A stretch of 56,067 bases of DNA from Bacteroidales bacterium (GTDB taxonomy: Bacteria > Bacteroidota > Bacteroidia > Bacteroidales > Muribaculaceae): the NCBI GenBank assembly GCA_022768005.1, contig JALEMF010000065.1, forward strand, positions 1-56,067, in the 5' to 3' direction. The notes under the pieces are model-generated. The model was not told where the DNA came from and did no database searches. It saw only the letters and a program-made list of their open reading frames with translations. The position numbers and the translations under genes are program-made. Positions 39,014 to 49,781 of this stretch are shown one piece after another. Every line of letters starts with the position of its first letter. The first letter of the stretch is position 1.

Positions 39014-39021
39014 CAAAGGTA
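39014..39021 (-). promoter_or_regulatory. -7 box TACCTTTG (minus strand) for tRNA-Leu
   Basis: Plus-strand caaaggta lies 33 nt upstream of the tRNA 5' end. Confidence 0.5.
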
Positions 39022-39108
39022 ATCATAATTTTCAGAAGTACAATAACATTTACTGATTTTTTGTATCATTTTAACTACGAATAGCCGAATAAAGTTGGAA
39101 ATAATGAG

Positions 39109-39116
39109 TAATTTTG
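39109..39116 (+). promoter_or_regulatory. -7 box TAATTTTG
   Basis: Lies 18 nt upstream of the ATG at 39135. Confidence 0.5.
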
Positions 39117-39134
39117 TAAAAATTTTGACTCACT

Positions 39135-40319
39135 ATGGCGGAAAAGAAATACAACTTTGATTCTGAAATAAATCGCAGAGGAACCGGAGCATTGAAATAC
39201 GATGCACTTGAAGAACGATACGGCTATAAAGACTTATTTCCTCTATGGGTCGCTGATATGGATTTTGCCGTATGCCCTGAAATCACGGAAAGCCTTATAA
39301 AACGGCTTCAACACCCGATTTACGGCTATGCGCAAACACCGCAAAGTTATTGGAATTCTATAATAAATTGGGTGCAACGACATTTTAACTTGAAGGTAAG
39401 CCGTGAGGAATTAACATATATCCCGGGCATAGTGAAAGGCATTGCATACGCTGTAAATTACTTTACCTCAAAGGGTGACAAAATACTCATTCAGCAGCCC
39501 GTCTACCACCCGTTCCGCTTTGTGATAGAAGGTAACGGCAGAACTCTTGTAAACAGTCCGCTAAAACGCACGGATACCGGCTATGACCCGGATTTGAAAA
39601 GACTTGAAGAAACGGTTAAGGCTGAAAAGCCCAAGATGATGATTATCTGCAATCCTCATAATCCCGGAGGCATACGATGGAGCAAGGAGCAACTTGCTGA
39701 AATTGCGCGCATTGCAAATGAAAACGGAATGATAGTACTTTCAGATGAAATTCACGCAGACATCATTCTTGATGGTACTGTCCATAACACGTATTTCAGT
39801 GCAGGGAAAAATGCAGAAGAGACGGGTATCGTTTTCGGTGCACCATCAAAGACATTTAACATCGCCGGACTGGTAAGTTCCTGGGCTATAATCAAAAACG
39901 AAAGGCTCCGCAAAGACTTCTACGCATGGCTTGATGCAAATGAGTTCAACGACCCTACCTTCATCTCCACAATAGCCACCGAAGAAGCGTACAACAACGG
40001 TGAAGAGTGGCTCAAAGAAATGATAGAGTACATCAACGGCAATATTGAAGCAGTTGACAACTATCTTACTGAATATATCCCAAAAATTAAAGTCGTAAAG
40101 CCTCAAGCATCATTTCTCGTATGGCTTGACTGCCGTGAACTCGACTTGACACAAAAGGAATTGGTATCGCTATTCACTGAAAAAGCCTGTCTTGCACTAA
40201 ACGATGGTGAAATGTTCGGCAAAGAAGGAGTCGGATATATGAGAATGAACATTGGTACTACTCGCGCCAAACTTATAAAGTCACTTGAAAAACTAAGAAA
40301 CGCCGTAAACAGTCTATGA
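39135..40319 (+). CDS. MalY/PatB-type PLP-dependent C-S lyase (cystathionine beta-lyase family)
   Basis: 394 aa. Class I/II aminotransferase fold with the PatB pattern (RRGT.ALKYD....LPLWVADMDF, SKTFNIAG). Confidence 0.85.
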   Translation: MAEKKYNFDSEINRRGTGALKYDALEERYGYKDLFPLWVADMDFAVCPEITESLIKRLQHPIYGYAQTPQSYWNSIINWVQRHFNLKVSREELTYIPGIVKGIAYAVNYFTSKGDKILIQQPVYHPFRFVIEGNGRTLVNSPLKRTDTGYDPDLKRLEETVKAEKPKMMIICNPHNPGGIRWSKEQLAEIARIANENGMIVLSDEIHADIILDGTVHNTYFSAGKNAEETGIVFGAPSKTFNIAGLVSSWAIIKNERLRKDFYAWLDANEFNDPTFISTIATEEAYNNGEEWLKEMIEYINGNIEAVDNYLTEYIPKIKVVKPQASFLVWLDCRELDLTQKELVSLFTEKACLALNDGEMFGKEGVGYMRMNIGTTRAKLIKSLEKLRNAVNSL

Positions 40320-41545
40320 CCGTATATAAGTTGACATCCGGCAGGAAATTCACAACGCCACGCATCACGCTACCGCTTTCCAAGAGCATCAGCAACAGAC
40401 TGATGCTGATAAATGCTCTGACAGAAGGTGCTATAGAGCCGACATACGCAGAGTGTGATGACACTAACGCTATGGCAGCGGCACTAAAAAGTGATAGTGA
40501 TAATATCAACATCGGTGCTGCAGGGACTGCAATGCGTTTTCTTACCGCATACTTTGCAACGCGTGAAGGGCGCACAGTGATTCTTGACGGAAGCGAACGA
40601 ATGAGGCAGCGACCTATCAGTCCTCTCGTAACTGCACTTCGCTCAATCGGTGCAGAAATAGAATACACTGCGAATGAAGGCTTTCCACCGTTAAAAATCA
40701 CTGGACACAAGCTGCGAGGCGGCAATGTGGAGATAGATGCGAGCATCAGTTCACAGTTTATATCTGCATTGATGATGATAGCACCTGCGATGCAAGAGCC
40801 GTTGAAAATCCGCTTGTCAGGAGAATTAGTTTCGAGGCCGTACGTAGATATGACAGCGGAGTTAATGAAGAAATTCGGAGTAAATACCACAATTACAGAT
40901 GATTCCATATATATCCCCAACGCTCCGTACCGCCGGACGGAAATCATAGTTGAAGGCGACTGGTCCGCAGCATCTTACTGGTACGAGATAGTATCACTCA
41001 CAGGGAAATACGTAGAAATAACAAATCTGAGTGAAGACAGTATTCAAGGCGATAGTGATATAAATGAACTGTTTGACATAGTGGGAGTTGTATCCTTCAA
41101 TGATGGGAACGGACTGTTCACGATAATGAAAAGTGCGGTAAACACTTGCCATTCATTGGAAATAGATATGGACGATATGCCTGACGCAGCGCAAACACTT
41201 GCCGTGACACTCTGCCTGAACGATGTTCGGTTCAGAATGACAGGTCTGGGCACGCTTCCGCGAAAGGAGACAAACAGGCTTGCAGCACTTCAACAGGAAC
41301 TTAAAAAGATTGGATTTGTTATAGAGATAGAAAACAACGACACTATAGAATGGAACGGTGATACGATAGAACCGACATTCGAACCGATAGAGACGTACAA
41401 AGACCACAGAATGGCGATGGCATTTGCCCCTGCCGTACTGAAATTCAAAGAACTGAAAATGGTGGATATAGACGTTGTCAGCAAGTCGTACCCTACATTC
41501 TGGAAAGACTTGGAAAAGATAGGCATAAAAGCCGAAAAAATATAA
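40316..41545 (+). CDS. aroA: 3-phosphoshikimate 1-carboxyvinyltransferase
   Basis: 409 aa. LPLSKSISNR motif with EPSP synthase pattern throughout, and a 4-nt overlap with the upstream gene. Confidence 0.92.
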   Translation: MTVYKLTSGRKFTTPRITLPLSKSISNRLMLINALTEGAIEPTYAECDDTNAMAAALKSDSDNINIGAAGTAMRFLTAYFATREGRTVILDGSERMRQRPISPLVTALRSIGAEIEYTANEGFPPLKITGHKLRGGNVEIDASISSQFISALMMIAPAMQEPLKIRLSGELVSRPYVDMTAELMKKFGVNTTITDDSIYIPNAPYRRTEIIVEGDWSAASYWYEIVSLTGKYVEITNLSEDSIQGDSDINELFDIVGVVSFNDGNGLFTIMKSAVNTCHSLEIDMDDMPDAAQTLAVTLCLNDVRFRMTGLGTLPRKETNRLAALQQELKKIGFVIEIENNDTIEWNGDTIEPTFEPIETYKDHRMAMAFAPAVLKFKELKMVDIDVVSKSYPTFWKDLEKIGIKAEKI

Positions 41546-41550
41546 GGAAT

Positions 41551-41967
41551 ATGCAAGTTGTATTAATAATATTATGCGCATTGGCGGCAGTGGGACTTCC
41601 GCTATATCTCTTACACAAGCGTGAAGAGAGAAAAGCCGGAGGCGAGTTGCCAATCACCCCTCCGGAGCAACAATGCTGCGGACTGCACTTGACGTGCGAG
41701 AAAGATTCACTATTAGCATCAGTAAGCGAAAAAATAGAGTACTACGATGATGAAGAGCTTGATGCATACAAAGGGCGCGGCGAAGAAGAATATACTGAAA
41801 ACGAAATAGAACAATTCCGCGATGTGCTGCTGACAATGCAAGCCGAAGATATAGCCGGGTGGGCAAGGTCGCTGCAACTTCGAGGAATAGAATTACCGGC
41901 AATAGTGCGAGAAGAACTGCTGATGATAGTGGCGGAAGCACGTGCAAGCAGAGCAATAAAAGAGTGA
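41551..41967 (+). CDS. hypothetical membrane-anchored protein with a CCG.H..CEK motif
   Basis: 138 aa. N-terminal TM, a Cys-rich motif QQCCGLHLTCEK and an acidic middle region. Confidence 0.5.
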   Translation: MQVVLIILCALAAVGLPLYLLHKREERKAGGELPITPPEQQCCGLHLTCEKDSLLASVSEKIEYYDDEELDAYKGRGEEEYTENEIEQFRDVLLTMQAEDIAGWARSLQLRGIELPAIVREELLMIVAEARASRAIKE

Positions 41968-41974
41968 GATAACG

Positions 41975-42778
41975 ATGGACATATTTTCATATCAATTTTT
42001 CATAAATGCGCTGACAGGCATCTGCATAATAAGCGTAGCCTCTGCAATAATAGGGACTTACATAGTCACTCGCCGACTCGTGTCCATATCCGGCGGAGTG
42101 ACGCACGCATGTTTCGGCGGACTTGGCTTAGGTTATTACCTGGGAGTAAGCCCGATACTGATGTCCGCAGTGTTTGCAGTAAGTTCTTCACTGCTCGTGG
42201 AAGCAATGTCAAGGCGGTGGAGAGTGCGAGAAGATTCCGCCATAGCCGTGATATGGGCAATAGGAATGGCGATAGGCGTGATATTCGTGTTTATGACACC
42301 GGGGTACGTACCGGAACTGAATAGTTTTCTATTCGGCAACATATTGACTATCAAGAGTTCAGACCTCGTAATTTTCAGTATTTATACCATAGTGCTGATA
42401 GCCTTTTTTGCAGCCTTTTTCAAGCAAATAATAGCCGTAGCCTTTGACCGCGATTTTGCGACGATAAGCAAACTTCCTGTAACCGCTATATCACTGACAA
42501 TGACCGTGTTAATAGCACTATGTATAGTACTGACAATAAAACTTGTAGGTATAATGCTACTGATGTCAATGCTGTCATTGCCTCAGATGATAGCTGAGAC
42601 GTACTGCACACGGTTCAAAAGTATGATGACAGCATCTGTGATTATCTCCATATTCGGTTCAGTGACAGGACTTTTGCTATCGGTAATAGTTGACGTACCG
42701 TGTTCTGCACTGATAGTAACGGTATTTGCAGCGATGTACGTAATCTCAAAAATTGCATCAATATGGGTAAAACGATAA
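41975..42778 (+). CDS. metal (Zn/Mn/Fe) ABC transporter permease, ZnuB/TroCD family
   Basis: 267 aa with about 8 TM and the family-typical pattern. No ATPase or binding-protein gene lies adjacent. Confidence 0.8.
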   Translation: MDIFSYQFFINALTGICIISVASAIIGTYIVTRRLVSISGGVTHACFGGLGLGYYLGVSPILMSAVFAVSSSLLVEAMSRRWRVREDSAIAVIWAIGMAIGVIFVFMTPGYVPELNSFLFGNILTIKSSDLVIFSIYTIVLIAFFAAFFKQIIAVAFDRDFATISKLPVTAISLTMTVLIALCIVLTIKLVGIMLLMSMLSLPQMIAETYCTRFKSMMTASVIISIFGSVTGLLLSVIVDVPCSALIVTVFAAMYVISKIASIWVKR

Positions 42779-43497
42779 AATGGACTATACTATGCGTGTT
42801 GTCGCTCATAATAAGCGTATGCGGGTTTGTGCTGTATCTGCACTACAATTCGCATAAAGCAGAGTCCGTAAAACTGCCCGTAGGCTTATACACAGTTTAC
42901 GGAATAGATATTTCCGCTCATAACGACACTATTGATTTTGAAAAAGCCAAACACGACATAGATTTCGTGTTCATAAAAGCCACAGAAGGAGCAACCTGGA
43001 AAGACCGAATGTTTGACTACAACTATTATGCCGCCAAGAAATCCGGGCTGAAAGTAGGGGCATATCACTTTTTCAAATTCGACCGCTCCGGTGAAGCACA
43101 AGGAGTGAACGTAACGGAAGCGCTTGTAGGCAAAGACCTTGATTTCCCTGTGATTATAGATATAGAAGACCATGGAAATCCCGATATAAAACCTGAAATA
43201 GTACGTCAGCGATTGGACAAAATGGTGGAAGTCCTTCAGCACCATAACGTTGACGTAATGTTTTATTCGAACAAGAAAGGATACTATAAATACATAGCTC
43301 CACACTACGCCAACTATCCCCTATGGATATGCTCATTTACCAATCCGCCGATAAGCGAAAAATGGACATTCTGGCAGTACAGCCATAAAGGTACAATATC
43401 CGGCAGCAAAAGCGAATTGGACTTGAACGTATTTCATAGTGATGCCGAAGACTTTGAGTCGTACATAGAAGCCTTCAAGGCCTCAAACAGAAGATAA
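42763..43497 (+). CDS. GH25 muramidase (lysozyme) with an N-terminal membrane anchor
   Basis: GIDISAHNDTIDFEKAKHDIDFVFIKATEG...GAYHF pattern. I chose the start at MGKTIKW, which overlaps the permease stop by 16 nt. Confidence 0.82.
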   Translation: MGKTIKWTILCVLSLIISVCGFVLYLHYNSHKAESVKLPVGLYTVYGIDISAHNDTIDFEKAKHDIDFVFIKATEGATWKDRMFDYNYYAAKKSGLKVGAYHFFKFDRSGEAQGVNVTEALVGKDLDFPVIIDIEDHGNPDIKPEIVRQRLDKMVEVLQHHNVDVMFYSNKKGYYKYIAPHYANYPLWICSFTNPPISEKWTFWQYSHKGTISGSKSELDLNVFHSDAEDFESYIEAFKASNRR

Positions 43498-43652
43498 CAT
43501 ACAGAAATAAAAACACAAAAAATAAAAAACTTTTTTAGAGCATAAACAACATTTTTAACACAAGAAAAAAAACCATTTGCCAAAACCACTATTTTGTTGT
43601 CTAAAAAGTCCAAAATAAAGGAATTAGACAGCCAATAATGGTGTAAAATTAG

Positions 43653-43660
43653 TAACTTTG
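43653..43660 (+). promoter_or_regulatory. -7 box TAACTTTG
   Basis: Lies 64 nt upstream of the ATG at 43725. Confidence 0.55.
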
Positions 43661-43724
43661 CATTTGGTGAAAAAGGACAATTAATAAACTAAACATCATA
43701 AAATTGAAAAAGCAAATTAAGACA

Positions 43725-44891
43725 ATGAAAAAAAACGTATTGCAAACAGCCGCAGTTATTGTCGCAGCATCTGCTCTCATCAGTTTTTCTTCATGTTCAA
43801 GTGAAGGACAACAGATGCAACAAGGAGCACCGGAAATCGCAACAATCACAACCGCATACGGCTCTGCCGACTTAGTAAGAACTTATCCGGCAACAATCAA
43901 AGGTAAGACAGACGTTGATGTACGTCCGCTCGTATCCGGTTTCATTACTAAAGTACACGTAGATGAAGGACAAGTGGTAAGCAAAGGACAGGTACTTTTC
44001 ACACTTGACCAAGTACAGTACCAAGCAGCCGTGGATCAAGCAAAGGCAGCCGTTGTCGTAGCAAAGACAGCTGTAGAAACAGCACAACTCACAGCAAACA
44101 CCAAGATGGAACTTTACAAAAAGAACATCATCAGTGAATACGAAAATCAACTTGCACAAAACAGTCTTGCACAAGCAAAAGCACAACTCGCACAAGCACA
44201 AGCAAGCCTCGTCAATGCAAACAAGAACCTTTCTTACACAGTGGTAACAGCACCAAGCAGCGGTGTTGTAGGTAAGATACCAAACCGTGAAGGTTCACTT
44301 GCATCACCTTCAATGAATCCTGCACTTACAACAGTGAGTGACAACGGTGATGTATATGCATACTTCTCACTTACTGAAAAAGACATTCTTGAGATGACCG
44401 AAGGCGGCAAATCACTTGCCAATGCCATCAAAGCAATACCTGATGTACAACTCAAACTGTCAGACGGCTCAATTTACCCGGAAAGCGGTAAAGTAGCAAC
44501 AATCTCAGGTATTATTGACAGCACAACAGGTTCAGCAAGCGTACGCGCACTCTTCAAGAACAAGAGCGGACTCCTCCGCAGCGGTTCAACAGGTCAAATC
44601 GTAGTACCTGTACACATGGACAGCGTAATCGTTATTCCTCAAAAGGCAACATACGAACTTCAAGACAAGCGCTTCGTTTATGTAGTAGGTGACTCATGCA
44701 AAGTGTCAGCAGCACCTATCACAGTTTACCCGATCAGTGACGGTCAGACATTCGTAGTAACCTCAGGACTTACAGCCGGACAAAAGGTTGTAGTGGAAGG
44801 TGTGGGAACAAGTGTTAAGGAAGGCACTGTAATCACACCGGTAGATGCCGCAGCAAAAGCTGCACAGCAGCAACAAGCACAACAGAAGTAA
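43725..44891 (+). CDS. RND efflux periplasmic adaptor (MFP) lipoprotein
   Basis: Signal ending FSSCSS, with lipoyl/hairpin/beta-barrel pattern (V.EGQ.V.KGQ.LF.LD). Confidence 0.9.
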   Translation: MKKNVLQTAAVIVAASALISFSSCSSEGQQMQQGAPEIATITTAYGSADLVRTYPATIKGKTDVDVRPLVSGFITKVHVDEGQVVSKGQVLFTLDQVQYQAAVDQAKAAVVVAKTAVETAQLTANTKMELYKKNIISEYENQLAQNSLAQAKAQLAQAQASLVNANKNLSYTVVTAPSSGVVGKIPNREGSLASPSMNPALTTVSDNGDVYAYFSLTEKDILEMTEGGKSLANAIKAIPDVQLKLSDGSIYPESGKVATISGIIDSTTGSASVRALFKNKSGLLRSGSTGQIVVPVHMDSVIVIPQKATYELQDKRFVYVVGDSCKVSAAPITVYPISDGQTFVVTSGLTAGQKVVVEGVGTSVKEGTVITPVDAAAKAAQQQQAQQK

Positions 44892-44974
44892 TAAGAAAAG
44901 TTTGCAAGCCGACAATAAATCGCGGTAAGCGAAAAAAATGAATAAATTAAATCAATAACAAACAGCAATAAAAG

Positions 44975-47900
44975 ATGAAGTTAGATACTTTTATTAACCG
45001 CCCGGTGCTATCCACGGTTATCTCTATATTCATTGTCCTGCTCGGTATTATCGGATTGGTGTCACTGCCAATCACACAATATCCGGACATTGCACCTCCA
45101 ACAATCTCCGTGTCCACCACGTACACAGGTGCAAATGCACAGTCTGTGCTAAACTCCGTAATTATTCCGCTTGAGGAATCAATCAACGGTGCTGAAGGTA
45201 TGACCTACATGGAATCAACAGCAACAAACACAGGTTCCGCAGACATCAACATCACATTCCGCCAGGGATTTGACCCTGATATGGCAGCCGTTGACGTACA
45301 GAACCGTGTAGCAAAAGCACAGAACCTTCTTCCTGCCGAAGTAACCAAAGTGGGCGTGTTGACACAAAAGCGTCAGACATCAATGCTCGTCGGTGTGGCA
45401 CTATACTGCGACAACGGCAACTACGATGCAGAGTTTATCGACAACTATATGAAGATTAACATCATACCACAACTTCAACGTGTAAACGGTGTGGGTGACG
45501 TTATGAGTTTCGGTGCAGACTATTCAATGCGTATATGGCTCAAACCTGAGGTAATGGCGCAGTATCACTTGATGCCGTCAGACATTTCAGCGGTACTTGC
45601 AGAGCAAAACGTAGAAGCCGCTCCGGGTGCATTCGGTGAACAAGGAAATCAATCATTCCAATACACAATCAAGTACAAAGGACGTCTTAAGACTGTAGAA
45701 GAATTCGAGAACATCGTGGTAAGCGCATCAAGCACAGGCGAAATTCTTCGTCTTAAAGATGTGGCAGACGTAGAGCTCGGAAAAGTACAGTACGGCTTCG
45801 GCAACTCACTGAACGGCAATCCTTCAACAATGGCGATTGTGTTCCAGACTGCAGGTTCAAACGCAACACAGATTATCGAAGACTGTCTTGGTGTGGTAGA
45901 ACAAATCAAGGGCGAACTTCCGGAAGGACTTAAGGTGGCAGTTCCTATGAACAACAACGACTTCCTTTATGCATCAATCAATGAAGTAATCAAGACCCTT
46001 ATCGAGGCATTTATCCTCGTGTTCTTCGTAGTTTACGTATTCCTTCAGGACTTCCGTTCAACAATTATCCCTGCAATCGCAATTCCTGTAGCCTTGATTG
46101 GTACATTCTTCCTGATGAACGCCATCGGCTTCTCAGTGAACCTTATCACCCTTTCAGCACTCGTACTTGCTATTGCTATTGTGGTCGATGACGCGATAGT
46201 CGTCGTCGAGGCAGTCCATGCGAAACTTGATGTGGGCTATAAGAGCGCACGCAAGGCATCAATCGATGCAATGGGTGAAATCGCAGGCGCACTTGTATCT
46301 ATTACACTCGTAATGATGCTCGTGTTCATTCCGGTGTCATTTATGTCCGGAACATCAGGTGTCTTCTACCGTCAGTTTGGTCTTACCATGGCGATAGCGA
46401 TTGCATTCTCGGCAGTAAACGCATTGACATTGTCACCGGCACTATGTGCAGTGTTCCTTAAAGCACATGATGATGATGAATCAACACTGAAAGAACGTCT
46501 TGGCAAAGCATACAGCACAGCAGGCAAAACAATGAAAAAGCGCTATGCAAATGCACTTAAGTTGAATATCCACCCTGTAATTACATTTATCTTCCTCGTA
46601 GCCACAATAACCTTCATGGTACTCGGCTGGTACAGCTTTGAAAGTCCTCTGAAATGCACAATAGCAGCAGTAGTGGCAATCATCACTATAATGGGTATTT
46701 TCAGTCCGCGTTTCCACGCCGGATTCGAAAAAGGTTATGGCAAGGTTCTCAACACGTACAATAAAGCGACAAAAGTATTTATTGACCATAAAGTGACATC
46801 ATTCGGAATCGTAGGTGCAGCAATCTGCGTACTTGTATTCCTTATGAGTACCCGTCCTTCAACCCTTGTGCCAAACGAAGACACAGGTATGGTGTTCGTA
46901 ATGGTGGATATGCCGCCGGGCACATCACAGGAACGTACTGAAGAAGTTCTTGAAAAGGTTGACCATATAGTGAGACAAATCCCTGCAGTAAAATACACCT
47001 CAAAAATCTTGGGTTACAGCTTTATCGCAGGTCAAGGAGCAACGTACGGTACATTTATCGTAAAACTAAAGAACTGGGAAGAACGCGACCCTGAGACAGA
47101 GTCAGCAGACGCAGTACTTGGTCAGATTTACGGAATGTGCGGAAAATTCGTGAAAGACGGACGTATTGTAGCATTCGCGCCACCAATGATTTCAGGTTAC
47201 TCCGTAACAAACGGTTTTGAAATCAAGATGCAGGATAAGACCGGTGGTGATATCAACACATTCTTCGGTATTGTACAAGGCTTCCTTGCAAAACTAAACC
47301 AACAGCCTGAAATCCAAGTTGCTTACTCTACATTTAACCCTACATTCCCACAATACCAAGTGGATATCGATGCGGCCAAATGTAAACAAGCCGGAATCAG
47401 TCCTTCAACAATTCTTACAACACTTCAAGGATACTACGGTGGTATGTACGTATCAAACTTCAACTTGTACGGTAAAATTTACCGTGTAATGATGCAGGCA
47501 ACACCGGAATCCCGTGTATCTCCTGAGACACTTGCAAACATCAAGATACGCAACGGTGCAGAGATGGCATCACTTGAAAACTATGTAACGATGACACGCG
47601 TATATGGTCCTGACTTGCTGACACGTTTCAACATGTTCCAGTCAATTTCAGTAACAGGTCAGCCTAATGCAGGCTACTCATCAGGTCAGGCACTTGAAGC
47701 AATCAAGAGAGTGGCAGCAGAGACATTACCTTCAGGTTACGGCTACGAATACTCAGGTATGACACGTGAAGAAGCAAGTTCAAGCGGAAATACGACATCA
47801 ATCATCTTCGGACTCTGCTTACTCTTCGTATATCTCTTGCTTTCAGCACAGTACGAAAGTTACATTCTTCCATGGTCAGTAATCCTGTCAATACCGTTCG

Positions 47901-48352
47901 GACTTATGGGTTCATTCATCTTTGCATCAATAAGCGATATATCGAACAACGTATATCTACAGATTGCACTCATCATGCTTATCGGTCTTCTTGCAAAGAA
48001 TGCGATTTTGATTGTAGAGTTTGCCCTTGAACGTCGTCGTACGGGTATGTCAATCATCAATGCGGCAATCGCCGGAGCATCAGCACGTTTGCGTCCTATC
48101 TTGATGACCTCACTTGCACTTATTATCGGTCTTCTTCCGATGATGTTCGCACACGGCGTAGGAGCAAACGGTAACAAAGCCCTTGGTACAGGAGCCGTAG
48201 GCGGTATGTTAATCGGTATGGTACTCCAAGTACTCATCGTACCTGCACTCTTCGTAGCATTCCAGCTTATCCAGGAAAAGATTTCACCGATGAAGTGGAA
48301 AGATACCGATAATGCGGGAATAGAATCAGAAATTGAGCAATTTGCACGCTAA
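44975..48352 (+). CDS. RND efflux permease (AcrB/HAE1-like) with an extra hydrophobic insertion after TM6
   Basis: 1125 aa with AcrB-like sequence throughout. The insertion is at about 46481..46699. Confidence 0.92.
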   Translation: MKLDTFINRPVLSTVISIFIVLLGIIGLVSLPITQYPDIAPPTISVSTTYTGANAQSVLNSVIIPLEESINGAEGMTYMESTATNTGSADINITFRQGFDPDMAAVDVQNRVAKAQNLLPAEVTKVGVLTQKRQTSMLVGVALYCDNGNYDAEFIDNYMKINIIPQLQRVNGVGDVMSFGADYSMRIWLKPEVMAQYHLMPSDISAVLAEQNVEAAPGAFGEQGNQSFQYTIKYKGRLKTVEEFENIVVSASSTGEILRLKDVADVELGKVQYGFGNSLNGNPSTMAIVFQTAGSNATQIIEDCLGVVEQIKGELPEGLKVAVPMNNNDFLYASINEVIKTLIEAFILVFFVVYVFLQDFRSTIIPAIAIPVALIGTFFLMNAIGFSVNLITLSALVLAIAIVVDDAIVVVEAVHAKLDVGYKSARKASIDAMGEIAGALVSITLVMMLVFIPVSFMSGTSGVFYRQFGLTMAIAIAFSAVNALTLSPALCAVFLKAHDDDESTLKERLGKAYSTAGKTMKKRYANALKLNIHPVITFIFLVATITFMVLGWYSFESPLKCTIAAVVAIITIMGIFSPRFHAGFEKGYGKVLNTYNKATKVFIDHKVTSFGIVGAAICVLVFLMSTRPSTLVPNEDTGMVFVMVDMPPGTSQERTEEVLEKVDHIVRQIPAVKYTSKILGYSFIAGQGATYGTFIVKLKNWEERDPETESADAVLGQIYGMCGKFVKDGRIVAFAPPMISGYSVTNGFEIKMQDKTGGDINTFFGIVQGFLAKLNQQPEIQVAYSTFNPTFPQYQVDIDAAKCKQAGISPSTILTTLQGYYGGMYVSNFNLYGKIYRVMMQATPESRVSPETLANIKIRNGAEMASLENYVTMTRVYGPDLLTRFNMFQSISVTGQPNAGYSSGQALEAIKRVAAETLPSGYGYEYSGMTREEASSSGNTTSIIFGLCLLFVYLLLSAQYESYILPWSVILSIPFGLMGSFIFASISDISNNVYLQIALIMLIGLLAKNAILIVEFALERRRTGMSIINAAIAGASARLRPILMTSLALIIGLLPMMFAHGVGANGNKALGTGAVGGMLIGMVLQVLIVPALFVAFQLIQEKISPMKWKDTDNAGIESEIEQFAR

Positions 48353-48365
48353 TACAAATAATACA

Positions 48366-49751
48366 ATGAAAGTAAAATCAATAATCACTATGGCTGTGGT
48401 TCTCGTGAGCGCATCAATGCTCACGAGCTGCCACATCTATCAGAAATTCGATATAGAAAAGCAAGACAGCGCGCTCGCAACAGAATACTCAAAAGCAAAG
48501 ACTGAGGTTGTAGATTCTACATCATTCGGAAACTTACGCTGGGAAGAAGTGTTCACGGACCCTGTCCTTGCAGACTTGATTCGTCAGGCTCTTGCACAGA
48601 ATGTTGACCTTGACAATGCAAAACTGAACGTTGACATTGCACACGCCAATATGCGCGGAGCAAGACTCGGCTACCTGCCTTCACTTGCACTATCGGCACA
48701 AGGTGGCGCAGGAGGTAACAAGAGTTTCCACCTCTCAGGCTGGAACTACACAATTCCATTGACAGCATCTTGGGAAATAGACGTATTCGCTAAAACTCTT
48801 AACTCAAAGCGCGGTGCAGAGGCTTCTTACCAACGTATGAAGGACTATCAGCAGGCAGTACGTTCTCAGATTATCGGTGCAGTGGCAAACTGTTACTATG
48901 GAATTGCAGCACTTCAGAGCCAAATAAAACTAAGCGAAGAAACTGCAGAAATCTGGAAAGAAAATGTGGAAGTAATGAAGAACTACAAGACAATCGGTAT
49001 GACAAACGAGGCAGCAGTAGTACAAGCTGAAGCAAATTACCTTGGCATTCTCGCTAATCTTACTGACCTTCGCACTTCACTTCACGAACTTAACAATTCA
49101 CTTGCCCTTCTTCTCCGCAAGCAGCCGCAAATATTCTCAATACCAAACCTTGAGGACTATGCAGCACCACAGATTGCACTGAACGATGTGCCAATGTCAC
49201 AACTTGCATCTCGCCCTGATGTTCGTGCGGCAGAAGGCGCACTCGCAGTGGCATATTACAGCACAAATTCAGCAAGAGCGGCGTTCTACCCTACTCTTTC
49301 TATTTCTGCGAACTACGGTTTCACAAACCTGTTCGGCAGCAACATCATCAACCCGGGTGACTGGATTTCAAGCATAGCAGGTTCCCTTGTAGCGCCAATC
49401 TTCTCACGCGGTAAGCTCAAAGCAAACCTCGATGCTACAAAGGCTCAACAAAAGCAGGCTCTTAACAACTTCGAGAATACACTTCTGAGCGCAAGTGCCG
49501 AAGTATCAAATGCAATAACACTTTTCAGGAACAATGCTGAAAAGGCTGTTCACCTTGATGCAGAAGTAGAAAACCTTGTGAAAGCAGAAAGTTACACAAA
49601 AGACTTGTTTGCAGCAGGCAGCGCAACGTACCTTGAGGTGCTTACCGCTCAGTCAAGTTTGCTTCAAGCACAGACGAGCCAAATCAGTTGTCGTCTTGCT
49701 CAAGCACAGGCTGTAATTAATCTCTACCAAAGCCTCGGCGGCGGCAGATAA
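48366..49751 (+). CDS. RND efflux outer-membrane factor (TolC/NodT family) lipoprotein
   Basis: I chose the start at MKVKSIIT. Lipobox LTSC and two OEP repeats. Confidence 0.88.
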   Translation: MKVKSIITMAVVLVSASMLTSCHIYQKFDIEKQDSALATEYSKAKTEVVDSTSFGNLRWEEVFTDPVLADLIRQALAQNVDLDNAKLNVDIAHANMRGARLGYLPSLALSAQGGAGGNKSFHLSGWNYTIPLTASWEIDVFAKTLNSKRGAEASYQRMKDYQQAVRSQIIGAVANCYYGIAALQSQIKLSEETAEIWKENVEVMKNYKTIGMTNEAAVVQAEANYLGILANLTDLRTSLHELNNSLALLLRKQPQIFSIPNLEDYAAPQIALNDVPMSQLASRPDVRAAEGALAVAYYSTNSARAAFYPTLSISANYGFTNLFGSNIINPGDWISSIAGSLVAPIFSRGKLKANLDATKAQQKQALNNFENTLLSASAEVSNAITLFRNNAEKAVHLDAEVENLVKAESYTKDLFAAGSATYLEVLTAQSSLLQAQTSQISCRLAQAQAVINLYQSLGGGR

Positions 49752-49781
49752 AACGAGAACTTAACTTAAACATATACTACC

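Noticed and set aside
40273-40947. A 224-aa minus-strand ORF antisense to aroA. Similar long antisense ORFs are at 4178..4675, 3392..3805, 8134..8598, 41153..41653, 54758..55252, 31860..32321 and 11787..12173.
   Set aside because: All lie fully inside well-supported genes on the other strand, have atypical composition and show no recognisable motifs. They are typical shadow ORFs.
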